Assembly: GCA_038279365.1 (NCBI GenBank)
Contig: JAYODI010000016.1
Span: 224 to 64,223, forward strand
Direction: 5' to 3'
DNA from: Candidatus Latescibacterota bacterium
GTDB lineage: Bacteria; Latescibacterota; UBA2968
Length of the DNA stretch: 64,000 nucleotides
In this document: one piece after another, positions 18,651-27,618 of the stretch
Layout: every line of letters starts with the position of its first letter
Position numbering within the stretch: the first letter of the stretch is position 1
Notes under the pieces: generated by a model
What the model was told of the DNA's origin: nothing
Databases searched by the model: none
The model's input: the letters and a program-made list of their open reading frames with translations, nothing else
Translations under genes and position numbers: made by a program

Positions 18651-19982
18651 ATGGCAGACGATATTCAAGCCGCAGCAAAGGCGGCTCGCCAAGCGGGGTT
18701 GCGCCTAAGCCAGGCAAGTCATCAAGCACGGAACGCTGCCTTAGAAGCCATTGCGAAGGCGTTGGGGGCCAATCAGGATAAAATTTTGGAAGCCAATGCA
18801 CGTGATATGAAGGTGGCTGAAGAGATGGTTCAAAAAGGCAAGTTGGGCATGCCTTTACTTAAGCGATTGAAAGTGGATGAGGCCAAGTTGCAAGGGGAAA
18901 TTGTGGTGGGGGTGCGCAGTGTGGCCGATCAAGAAGATCCGATTGGTAAGACCCTAACGGCAACAGAATTGGATGATGGGCTCAATTTGTTTCGCGTTTC
19001 GGTGCCCATTGGTGTGATTGGCGTTATTTTTGAATCGCGACCTGATGCATTGGTACAAATTGCGTGTTTATGCCTTAAATCGGGTAATGCCGTTATGCTC
19101 AAAGGTGGCAGTGAAGCGTTGCACACCAACCGGGCTTTGGCAGAAGTGATGGTTGCTGCAACGGCTGGTTTGCCAGGTATTCCCGATGGTTGGATGCATT
19201 TGCTTGAAGCGCGTGAAGAAGTGGCCGCCATTTTGGATTTGCACGATCTGATCGATTTGATTATTCCGCGTGGTGGCAATGAGTTGGTGCAACACATCAT
19301 GAGCAACACAAAAATTCCTGTGATGGGACATGCCGATGGGATTTGCCATGTGTATGTGGATAAATTTGCAGATGTTGAAAAAGCAAAGCGGATTGCCTTG
19401 GATTCTAAGACACAGTATGTATCGGTATGCAACGCTGCTGAAACGCTGTTGGTGCATCAAGATATTGCAGAAACATTTTTGCCTGATATGGTGAAGGTGT
19501 TTCAGGAGGCGGGTGTGGAAGTTCGTGGCGATGAACGTGTTCAGAAGCTGTGCGGCAATGTGGTTGCGGCAACGGACGTTGATTGGGCAACGGAATATTT
19601 GGATTTGATTATTTCGGTAAAAGTGGTCGATGACTTAGAGGGTGCGATTGACCATATTAATACGTATGGCAGCCATCATACGGATGCCATTGTAACGGAA
19701 GATCAAACGTCTGCGACCTACTTTTTGCAGGCGGTTGATTCGGCATCGGTGATGCACAATGCGTCTACGCGCTTTGCCGATGGTTTTCGATATGGTTTGG
19801 GGGCCGAAGTGGGCATCAGTACCATTCGTTTGCACAGCCGAGGGCCCGTAGGGCTGGAAGGTTTGGTGATTTATAAATATGTGGTGGAAGGCAATGGACA
19901 AATAGTTGGGGATTATGGTGGGCAAAGTGGCAAGCGTTTTACACACAGAAAGTTGGATGCTGTTTGGACACCCAAACAATAA
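18651..19982 (+). CDS. proA: glutamate-5-semialdehyde dehydrogenase (gamma-glutamyl phosphate reductase)
   Basis: Collinear with ProA. Motifs VPIGVIGVIFESRPDA, LKSGNAVMLKGGSEA, IPRGG, VCNAAETLLVH, HTDAIVTED, NASTRFADG and HSRGP. Confidence 0.9.
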   Translation: MADDIQAAAKAARQAGLRLSQASHQARNAALEAIAKALGANQDKILEANARDMKVAEEMVQKGKLGMPLLKRLKVDEAKLQGEIVVGVRSVADQEDPIGKTLTATELDDGLNLFRVSVPIGVIGVIFESRPDALVQIACLCLKSGNAVMLKGGSEALHTNRALAEVMVAATAGLPGIPDGWMHLLEAREEVAAILDLHDLIDLIIPRGGNELVQHIMSNTKIPVMGHADGICHVYVDKFADVEKAKRIALDSKTQYVSVCNAAETLLVHQDIAETFLPDMVKVFQEAGVEVRGDERVQKLCGNVVAATDVDWATEYLDLIISVKVVDDLEGAIDHINTYGSHHTDAIVTEDQTSATYFLQAVDSASVMHNASTRFADGFRYGLGAEVGISTIRLHSRGPVGLEGLVIYKYVVEGNGQIVGDYGGQSGKRFTHRKLDAVWTPKQ

Positions 19983-20045
19983 GGTCAATTTAGTAGATCT
20001 CGTCAAATATCGTATGAGATTGTTATTCGACCCAAGGGGGTTTTA

Positions 20046-22910
20046 ATGAGACGCTGCTTGATAGTGTTTTTATGCGTAATTTTTGCAAGGTGTTCTGCCA
20101 CACAGCAAGGTGTTCAAACACCTCCTGTTGCGGATGTTTTTCCTGTTTCTGAGACGGTGGTGTTGCCCATTGATGACGCTGTGCGCAAAGGGCAATTGGA
20201 CAATGGCCTGACGTACATCATTCGTGAAAATAAACGACCTGAAAACCGGGCGGAGTTGCGGTTGGTGGTCAATGCGGGTTCTATATTAGAAGACGAAGAT
20301 CAACAAGGGTTGGCACATTTTGCAGAACATATGGCATTTAATGGCACGGAACATTTTCCCAAACAAGATATTGTCAACTTTTTGGAAGGTATTGGCATGC
20401 GTTTTGGCGCAGATCTCAATGCCTATACCAGTTTTGATGAAACGGTATACATGTTGCAAGTGCCTACTGATAGCGCGCTGGTGATGTACAAAGCATTTCA
20501 GATATTGGGTGATTGGGCATATCGGGTTGGCTTTGATGGTGAAGAAATAGAAAAAGAACGCGGTGTGGTGATTGACGAATGGCGAACAGGGCGTGGCGCG
20601 GGTGCACGTATGCGTGATTTACAACTGCCCATATTGCTCAAAGGCTCACGTTATGCCGAACGATTGCCCATTGGGCAAAAGGCACTGTTGGATACGTTTG
20701 CCCACGAATCGCTTAAAAGATATTATCAAGATTGGTATCGCCCCGATTTGATGTCTGTGATTGCTGTGGGTGATTTTGACCGTGATTCGGTTGAGGCATT
20801 GATTCAAAAAACGTTTGGTGAACTGCCTGTCGTTGAAAATGCACGTGAGCGTACATCATATACGATTCCAGACCATGAAGAAACATTGTTTGCCATTGCA
20901 ACGGACCCTGAAGCAACGAGTACTTCGGTGTCGATTTATTTTATGCAGGATGTTGCACCACAAGGTACAAAAGAAGATTATCGGCAGATGCTGATTCGCT
21001 CTATGTTTAACAATATGTTAAACCAACGATTGCGTGAATTGACCAAAAAACCCGATCCACCTTTTTTGGGGGCAGGTTCAAGTCGTGGCAATTTGGTGAG
21101 AACAAAAGCAGCTTATATTTTGGGCGCAGGTGTAAAAGAAGGTGGCATTGAACGCGGTTTGGATGCTGTGTTGACAGAAGCACTGCGGGTGCAACGCCAT
21201 GGGTTTACGGTGGCTGAGTTGGAGCGGTTGAAAATTAACATGTTGCGAGGAATTGAACAAGCATATCGCGAGCGTGACAAATCTCGCTCGAGTGGGTTTG
21301 CTTCTGAATATGTGCGCCATTTTTTAACCGGAGAAGTGATTCCGGGTATTGCATATGAGTATGAATTGTATCAGGAGCTTGTGCCTCAAATACAGGTGGA
21401 AGAAATCAATGCATTGGTTGATGAGTGGATTACAAATACCAATCGCGTTATTTTGGTAAATGCACCCGAAAAAGAAAATGTTCCGGTTCCGAGTGAGGCC
21501 GATTTGTTGGCTGTTATTGAAGCGGTGCAACAAAAAGAAATTGCACCTTATGCAGAAAATGTTTCGGACGAACCACTTGTTACAGATATACCAACGCCTG
21601 GCTCTGTTTTGGCAGAGAGCCGTATTGAAGCGTTGAATGTGACAGAATGGGTTTTGAGCAATGGGGTTCGCGTGGTCATGAAGCCCACAGACTTTAAAAA
21701 TGATGAGGTGTTGTTTACTGCTTTTAGCCCTGGTGGCCATTCATTGGTTGACGACAAAGATTATATTGCGGCCACAACGGCAACAACGGTGTTGTCTGAA
21801 AGTGGTTTGGGGAAATTTGATCAGATTGAGTTGGGAAAAAAATTGGCTGGCAAAGTGGCGCGTGTGTCTACGGGAATTGGCAGTCGCACGGAAAGTTTGT
21901 CGGGCAGTGCGTCTCCGCAAGATTTGGAAACGATGTTTCAGTTGATTTATTTAGAATTTATGGCACCTCGCGCAGACAGTTCTGCATTTGTTGCATTTCA
22001 AGATCGTATTAGAGGTATGTTGCAAAATCGTAATTTGAGCCCACAGGCGGCATTTAACGATACGGTGCAGGTAACGATGTCGCAAAATCATTTTCGCTCT
22101 CGTCCGATCTCAATGGATATGTTAAACGAAATGAACTTGCAACGCTCTTTGGAGATTTATAAAGATCGGTTTGCCGATGCCAGTGATTTTACATTTGTTT
22201 TTGTGGGCAATTTTGAACCTGAAAAAATGCGTCCCTTGATTGAAACCTATTTGGGCAGTTTGCCCGGATTAATTCGAAATGAAACACCACGCGATGTGGC
22301 TCCAAAACCACCGGTGGGCGTGGTTGAAAAAACAGTGAAACGGGGTAAAGAACCCAAAAGCCAAACGCTGATTCAATTTACGGGTATGTTTGATTGGCAA
22401 GACCGATTGCACCGTTATCGTTTTGATGCAATGGTCGACGTGTTGCAAATTAAGTTACGCGAAACATTGCGCGAAGACGAAAGTGGGACTTATAGTGTGA
22501 GCGTGCGTGGGTCTCGTTGGCAACATCCGGAACCGCGTTATAGTATTTCGGTGAATTTTGGATGTGATCCTGAACGATTGGAAGAGCTCACGCACTTGGT
22601 GTTTGTCCAAATGGACAGTTTAAAACAATCTCCAGTTGAAGCATCTTATCTTCACAAGGTGACGGAGATGGATTTGCGCAGACGAGAAACGAATTATAAA
22701 GAGAACAGCTTTTGGCGTGGGGCGTTGCGTTCGGCTTATGAAAACAACAGTGATCCGTTGGATATTTTGACTTATGACGATGAAGTGATTCGAAAAGTGA
22801 CAGTAGAGGACATTCAACGGGCGGCACAACAATATTTTAATATGGAAAATTATGCACGGTTTGTGTTGTTGCCAGAGGTTGACGAGATGGCAACACCTGA
22901 AAAACCATAA
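20046..22910 (+). CDS. M16 (pitrilysin/insulinase) family zinc peptidase, double-module, secreted/lipoprotein-like
   Basis: Inverted zinc motif HFAEH, a signal sequence with Cys (FARCSA), and 954 aa with two M16 halves. Confidence 0.9.
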   Translation: MRRCLIVFLCVIFARCSATQQGVQTPPVADVFPVSETVVLPIDDAVRKGQLDNGLTYIIRENKRPENRAELRLVVNAGSILEDEDQQGLAHFAEHMAFNGTEHFPKQDIVNFLEGIGMRFGADLNAYTSFDETVYMLQVPTDSALVMYKAFQILGDWAYRVGFDGEEIEKERGVVIDEWRTGRGAGARMRDLQLPILLKGSRYAERLPIGQKALLDTFAHESLKRYYQDWYRPDLMSVIAVGDFDRDSVEALIQKTFGELPVVENARERTSYTIPDHEETLFAIATDPEATSTSVSIYFMQDVAPQGTKEDYRQMLIRSMFNNMLNQRLRELTKKPDPPFLGAGSSRGNLVRTKAAYILGAGVKEGGIERGLDAVLTEALRVQRHGFTVAELERLKINMLRGIEQAYRERDKSRSSGFASEYVRHFLTGEVIPGIAYEYELYQELVPQIQVEEINALVDEWITNTNRVILVNAPEKENVPVPSEADLLAVIEAVQQKEIAPYAENVSDEPLVTDIPTPGSVLAESRIEALNVTEWVLSNGVRVVMKPTDFKNDEVLFTAFSPGGHSLVDDKDYIAATTATTVLSESGLGKFDQIELGKKLAGKVARVSTGIGSRTESLSGSASPQDLETMFQLIYLEFMAPRADSSAFVAFQDRIRGMLQNRNLSPQAAFNDTVQVTMSQNHFRSRPISMDMLNEMNLQRSLEIYKDRFADASDFTFVFVGNFEPEKMRPLIETYLGSLPGLIRNETPRDVAPKPPVGVVEKTVKRGKEPKSQTLIQFTGMFDWQDRLHRYRFDAMVDVLQIKLRETLREDESGTYSVSVRGSRWQHPEPRYSISVNFGCDPERLEELTHLVFVQMDSLKQSPVEASYLHKVTEMDLRRRETNYKENSFWRGALRSAYENNSDPLDILTYDDEVIRKVTVEDIQRAAQQYFNMENYARFVLLPEVDEMATPEKP

Positions 22911-22932
22911 ACAAAAGTCTTTTTAAAAGGGG

Positions 22933-23646
22933 ATGGGTATGCGTGTGCAAGAGGGTATGAATCGAATTCAACGGGCAAGTTATCCAGGGCGAGGCATCGT
23001 AATTGGGCTCTCGCCAAGTGAGAGGCACTTTGTTCAAGTGTATTGGATTATGGGACGCAGTCCTTCCAGTCGCAATCGGGTGTTTGTGCAGGCGGATGAT
23101 TTTGTAAAGACCGATACAGTAGATAAAACGCAAAAGGTCGATCCACTTACCCTGTATTATCCCATTAAATTTGCCGGGGCATCACATATTGTGAGCAATG
23201 GTGATCAGACCGATACCATTTATGATGCCTTGCAAAAGGGAGGTACTTTTGAGTCGGCCTTAATGACGCGCACATTTGAACCCGATGGCCCCAATTTTAC
23301 GCCTCGGATTTCTGGGGTTGTCGATTTAGAAGATGTTGTTGCTTATCGATTGGCCGTGTTGAAGACGGTGGGTGGTGACGCACGTTATTGTTCTCGACAA
23401 TTTTTTACCTATGAAACAGCCATTGCTGGTGTGGGGCATTGTGTAACAACCTATGTGGATGATGGAAACCCTTTGCCATCATTTGATGGCGAGCCATTTA
23501 CCGTTGCTTTGTATGATGATGCGCAAGAAACGGCAGATGCGTATTGGCATATACTAAATGTGGACAATCGGGTGTCGATGTTGGTGAAATTTATCGATCG
23601 AGATTCGGGCGCATCTCAGTTGATTGTTGTGAATAAGTATGCGTAG
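22933..23646 (+). CDS. IMP cyclohydrolase-like protein (archaeal PurO family)
   Basis: YPGRGIVIG, VSNGDQTDTI and FTPRIS match my recollection of the PurO signatures YLGRILAVG, VSNGSHTDTI and NTPRIA. Confidence 0.7.
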   Translation: MGMRVQEGMNRIQRASYPGRGIVIGLSPSERHFVQVYWIMGRSPSSRNRVFVQADDFVKTDTVDKTQKVDPLTLYYPIKFAGASHIVSNGDQTDTIYDALQKGGTFESALMTRTFEPDGPNFTPRISGVVDLEDVVAYRLAVLKTVGGDARYCSRQFFTYETAIAGVGHCVTTYVDDGNPLPSFDGEPFTVALYDDAQETADAYWHILNVDNRVSMLVKFIDRDSGASQLIVVNKYA

Positions 23647-23675
23647 GTGCCGAATGCTTTTATTGGAGCGCAAGC

Positions 23676-24419
23676 GTGTCTGACTGGCATGAAGACGACG
23701 CGTTTTGGACCGCATTTTACCCTGTGATGTTTTCAGATGCGCGGTGGGCAGTTGCCGATGACGAAGTCCGATCTGCCTTGTCGCTTTTGGACATTCATTC
23801 TCCAACGGATGTCTTGGATTTTTGTTGTGGCCCTGGGCGGCATGCCATTGCACTGGCAAAATTGGGGCATCGCGTTTTGGGGGTTGATCGCACCGCGTTT
23901 TATTTGAATGTGGGGCAAAAAAAAGCCAAAGATGCGGGCGTTGATGTGGTGTTTGAACGAGCAGACGTGCGTTTGTTTCGGCGTATTGAGGCATTCGATT
24001 GTGCGTTGAGCTTGTTTACGTCTTTTGGTTATTTTCAAGACCCTTTTGATGACCTTCAGGTACTCAAAAATGTTTATGAATCGCTGCGGTCGGGGGGGAA
24101 GTTGTTGATGGATTTGTCGGGCAAAGAGGTGGTGGAAAAAGCCCTGACACCATACAGTTGTGCAGAACCCGAACGGGGTTTGATTTGGACTGAAGATCGC
24201 CAAGTCATGGGTGATTGGGAGGGCATTAAAAACAAGTGGACGTTGTTGCGTGGGGAAGAGAAGTTTGAACACACATTGTTTATTCGATTGTATTCGGGTG
24301 AGGCTTTAAAAAAAGCGATGTTGGACGTTGGTTTTTCTCGCGTGAGTTTGTTTGGGTCTTTAGAGGGCGATCCATACGATGATCGGGCGAGGCGTTTGGT
24401 TGCTGTGGGGGTAAAGTGA
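23676..24419 (+). CDS. class I SAM-dependent methyltransferase
   Basis: VLDFCCGPGRH (motif I), VLGVDR and an acidic post-I residue. The start is GTG. Confidence 0.8.
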   Translation: MSDWHEDDAFWTAFYPVMFSDARWAVADDEVRSALSLLDIHSPTDVLDFCCGPGRHAIALAKLGHRVLGVDRTAFYLNVGQKKAKDAGVDVVFERADVRLFRRIEAFDCALSLFTSFGYFQDPFDDLQVLKNVYESLRSGGKLLMDLSGKEVVEKALTPYSCAEPERGLIWTEDRQVMGDWEGIKNKWTLLRGEEKFEHTLFIRLYSGEALKKAMLDVGFSRVSLFGSLEGDPYDDRARRLVAVGVK

Positions 24420-25127
24420 GTGATGGCTGTTCGGGCGTTGACGTTTGATGTGTTTGGCACCGTGGTGGATTGGCGCAGTTCAATTATTCGCGATGGTGTG
24501 CGATTGGGCAAGGCCAAAGGAATGGATGTCGATTGGGCGGCTTTTGCCGACGCTTGGCGAGCAGGATATGGCCCTGCCATGCAGCGGGTCAGGCAGGGTG
24601 ACTTGCCTTGGACAAAAATAGATGATTTGCATCGCATGATCTTAGATGATCTTTTGGATCGTTTTGGCATTTCAAGTTTGAGCGAAAAAGAAAAAGTGGA
24701 TTTGAATTGTGTGTGGCATCGGCTTGATCCTTGGCCCGATGCGGTGGGGGGGCTGTTGCGTTTAAAATCGAAATTTTTGATTGCAACGTTGTCCAATGGC
24801 AATGTGTCTTTATTGGCACATATGGCCAAATATGCTGGTTTGCCGTGGGATTGTATTTTGTCTGCGGAATTGGCACATCATTATAAGCCCGATTCTGAAA
24901 CGTATTTGATGGCCGCCCATTTGCTCAGTTGTCAAGCCAATGAGGTGATGATGGTGGCGGCGCACCAAGGCGATTTGCGTGCGGCAGCCAAAGTGGGGAT
25001 GAAAACGGCTTTTGTGATGCGCCCATTGGAGTATGGGACTGACTGTCAAATTGATGTAACACCTGACCCTCAGTTTGATTATGTGGCACAAGATTTCCAC
25101 GATTTGGCTCATCAATTGGGTCTGTGA
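24420..25127 (+). CDS. HAD-superfamily hydrolase, haloacid dehalogenase type II-like
   Basis: Motifs LTFDVFGTVVDW (DxxGT), LSNG, YKPD and VAAHQGDL. It abuts the preceding stop. Confidence 0.8.
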   Translation: MMAVRALTFDVFGTVVDWRSSIIRDGVRLGKAKGMDVDWAAFADAWRAGYGPAMQRVRQGDLPWTKIDDLHRMILDDLLDRFGISSLSEKEKVDLNCVWHRLDPWPDAVGGLLRLKSKFLIATLSNGNVSLLAHMAKYAGLPWDCILSAELAHHYKPDSETYLMAAHLLSCQANEVMMVAAHQGDLRAAAKVGMKTAFVMRPLEYGTDCQIDVTPDPQFDYVAQDFHDLAHQLGL

Positions 25128-25158
25128 TTGGATATTGTGCCAAAAACAAAGGTATGTT

Positions 25159-26433
25159 ATGATTGAAAACATTGATGTTGCCTATGGGCGTGGTTACATA
25201 CCTATTCGGGCAGATTCTGATTTGGCCGATTGGTCTGTGATTCGCCCTAAGTTTGAAGCGGCATTAGATGCGCCCAAACAGGCTTTTACACAAGCGGTTC
25301 GCAACCCCATTGGGGCGAAGCCTTTAAGAGATATGGTGAAACCGGGTGATCGGGTGGTGATTGCTACGTCGGATGGTACGCGCCCAGTGCCCAACAAACA
25401 ACTGATTCCGTGGTTGCTCGAAGAATTGCCTGTGCCCGAAAGTCAGGTGACGGTATTGGTGGGCACGGGCACGCACCGGCCCAATACCGATGCAGAATTG
25501 GAGGAGATGTTTGGGAAGGATGTGATGCGGCGGGTTCATATTGTGAACCATGATGCATTTGATGGGGGGGGTAATGAACACATTGGAGAGACACAAAGTG
25601 GCACGCCTGTTGTGTTGAACAAGATTTATTTACAAGCGGATTTTAAGATTGCGGTGGGGTTTATTGAACCCCATTTTTTTGCGGGTTTTTCGGGTGGGCC
25701 TAAGGCGGTTGCACCAGGGGTGGCCAGTATTGAGACGATTTTTCGCCTGCATCGGGCTGAATTGATTGGTGATCCTAAAAGTACGTGGGGTGTGTTGGAC
25801 GACAACCCGCTCCATCGCGAAGTGCGTGAAGCAGTGGCACTTTGCCCGCCCGATTTTATGGTGAATGTGACGCTTAATGCAGAGAAGAAAATTTCGGGAT
25901 ATTATGTGGGTGACTATTGTGAGGCGCATCAAAAAGGCTGTGCTGATGTGAAAAAATCTGCGATGGTGGCTGTTAAACAACCCTTTCCTGTGGTGGTTAC
26001 ATCCAACAGTGGTTTTCCTTTGGATCAGAATTTGTATCAAACCGTGAAAGGGCTGTCTGCTGCGGCACGCATTGTGTCGGATGGTGGCAAGATTTTTGTG
26101 GCCAGTGAATGCAGTGATGGGGTGCCCAATCATGGCAATTTTGCATCTTTGATGTTGGAGGGGCAAACACCAGATGATGTGATTGCATCGGTTTATAAAA
26201 AAGAACCGATCTTGGATCAGTGGCAAGCACAGGTATTGAGCAATATCCTGAAACGTGCCGATGTGCATGTATTTACGGCCATGGATGCCGATCATGTACG
26301 CAATTGTAAAATGACGGTGGTGGATGATTTGGATGTGGCCATCAGTGCCCATGTTAAAACGTTGGGGGGGGCGGTGCGTGTGGCCGTACTGCCTGATGGC
26401 CCACTCACCATTCCTTATGTAGAAGGGCTGTGA
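25159..26433 (+). CDS. LarA-like (DUF2088) nickel-pincer-cofactor-dependent racemase/epimerase family protein
   Basis: The motifs GTGTHRP and IEPHFFAGFSGGPKAV correspond to the LarA His and cofactor-tethering Lys region. The start is trimmed to ATG 25159. Confidence 0.75.
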   Translation: MIENIDVAYGRGYIPIRADSDLADWSVIRPKFEAALDAPKQAFTQAVRNPIGAKPLRDMVKPGDRVVIATSDGTRPVPNKQLIPWLLEELPVPESQVTVLVGTGTHRPNTDAELEEMFGKDVMRRVHIVNHDAFDGGGNEHIGETQSGTPVVLNKIYLQADFKIAVGFIEPHFFAGFSGGPKAVAPGVASIETIFRLHRAELIGDPKSTWGVLDDNPLHREVREAVALCPPDFMVNVTLNAEKKISGYYVGDYCEAHQKGCADVKKSAMVAVKQPFPVVVTSNSGFPLDQNLYQTVKGLSAAARIVSDGGKIFVASECSDGVPNHGNFASLMLEGQTPDDVIASVYKKEPILDQWQAQVLSNILKRADVHVFTAMDADHVRNCKMTVVDDLDVAISAHVKTLGGAVRVAVLPDGPLTIPYVEGL

Positions 26434-26434
26434 G

Positions 26435-27280
26435 ATGACTGATGTGATAAACGCTAAAATGAGCCGATTTAATCCTTTGTCGCGCATTGTTTGTTTTGAC
26501 GATTTTGATAGTGGTTTAAATGGGTGGACGGGGTTGATTGGCAATTATGAGAAAACGTTGGATGCCTTGTTACCTGGATATCGCGATTTGCGCCCCCCTA
26601 TGTTGAGCAATGCAACGATGTGGGATACGGGGTCTGCTGGGTCTTGGGATGGTACTTATGCGATGAAGCTGGCCACACGCCCAAAGGCAGGAAGTTTGGC
26701 GGTGGCACTAAAAAGATTGACTTGGCGCTTTGCTGGGCCAATTCGTTTGGAAGCGTATGTGACCTTTAAACCCGAAGCCACCGAATTGGAATTGTCGGAG
26801 TTGGATGTGCGGGCTTTTGGGTTTTTGTGGGATTTGCAAAATGAAAAAGACCGTGTGATGCCGCATTTGCGTTATGTGAACGCGCAAAATGGTGAGCGTA
26901 TTTCGAAATGGCAGTTTAAAAAAGAACGTGAGCCTTTGGCAGATATTGGCAAGTCGGGCAAAACAATGTCGCATTTTCACTTGGCCAACAGCGGGTGGGA
27001 AGATATTCCAAATGCTTCACAACTAATGTGTTACAATGAAATTGCAACCAAGCAAAATTGGCATTATATGTGTGTTGATTTTGATTTGGATTCTATGATG
27101 TTTACGGGCTTTCGGTTTAACAATCACATATTTGATGTGTCACAGATTGCGCCTATGGTGATGCCTGCGATGGCAAATTTGTGGTGTATGTTAAATATGG
27201 TGTTTTTTGTGGAAACCGATTGTGACAAACGGGCATTTTTGTCTGTGGATTCGGTGATGATTTCAGGGGAGTGGGACTGA
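26435..27280 (+). CDS. hypothetical protein (281 aa, no recognised motif)
   Basis: The ATG lies 1 nt after the LarA-like stop. The ORF is uninterrupted with composition matching the neighbours, and it looks beta-rich. Confidence 0.65.
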   Translation: MTDVINAKMSRFNPLSRIVCFDDFDSGLNGWTGLIGNYEKTLDALLPGYRDLRPPMLSNATMWDTGSAGSWDGTYAMKLATRPKAGSLAVALKRLTWRFAGPIRLEAYVTFKPEATELELSELDVRAFGFLWDLQNEKDRVMPHLRYVNAQNGERISKWQFKKEREPLADIGKSGKTMSHFHLANSGWEDIPNASQLMCYNEIATKQNWHYMCVDFDLDSMMFTGFRFNNHIFDVSQIAPMVMPAMANLWCMLNMVFFVETDCDKRAFLSVDSVMISGEWD

Positions 27281-27615
27281 TGCGACAAAGTCATACATCA
27301 ATTATTGAGCGGAATATCACTTGGGAAGATGCATTTGAGACAGAACCCTATGAAGTGGCTTGGGCGTCGGAAGCCATTTTTTTTGTGCGTACGTTGTCGG
27401 TTTTGGGTGTGGTGGGAGATGTTGACGCAAGGGTTCAGATATCACCCGATGGCATGCGTTGGTGTGATGAAGGGACGGTGGTGCCGCTTTCGGGTGAGGT
27501 GGATGGTGTGACCTTTGGTAAGGTATCTCATTTTGGTACCTATTTGCGTTTGGTGGGCGAACTGCCCAAGGGCATGGCATTGACGGTGATTGTGGCTCTT
27601 TCTTTGAAGGAATAA
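27280..27615 (+). CDS. hypothetical protein (111 aa)
   Basis: ATG 27280 overlaps the preceding TGA (TGATG coupling). I recognise no motif. Confidence 0.6.
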   Translation: MRQSHTSIIERNITWEDAFETEPYEVAWASEAIFFVRTLSVLGVVGDVDARVQISPDGMRWCDEGTVVPLSGEVDGVTFGKVSHFGTYLRLVGELPKGMALTVIVALSLKE

Positions 27616-27618
27616 AAA

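Noticed and set aside
25630-26544. 304-aa minus-strand ORF.
   Set aside because: It is antisense to the LarA-like gene, rich in H/R/I with no motif, and a typical shadow ORF.
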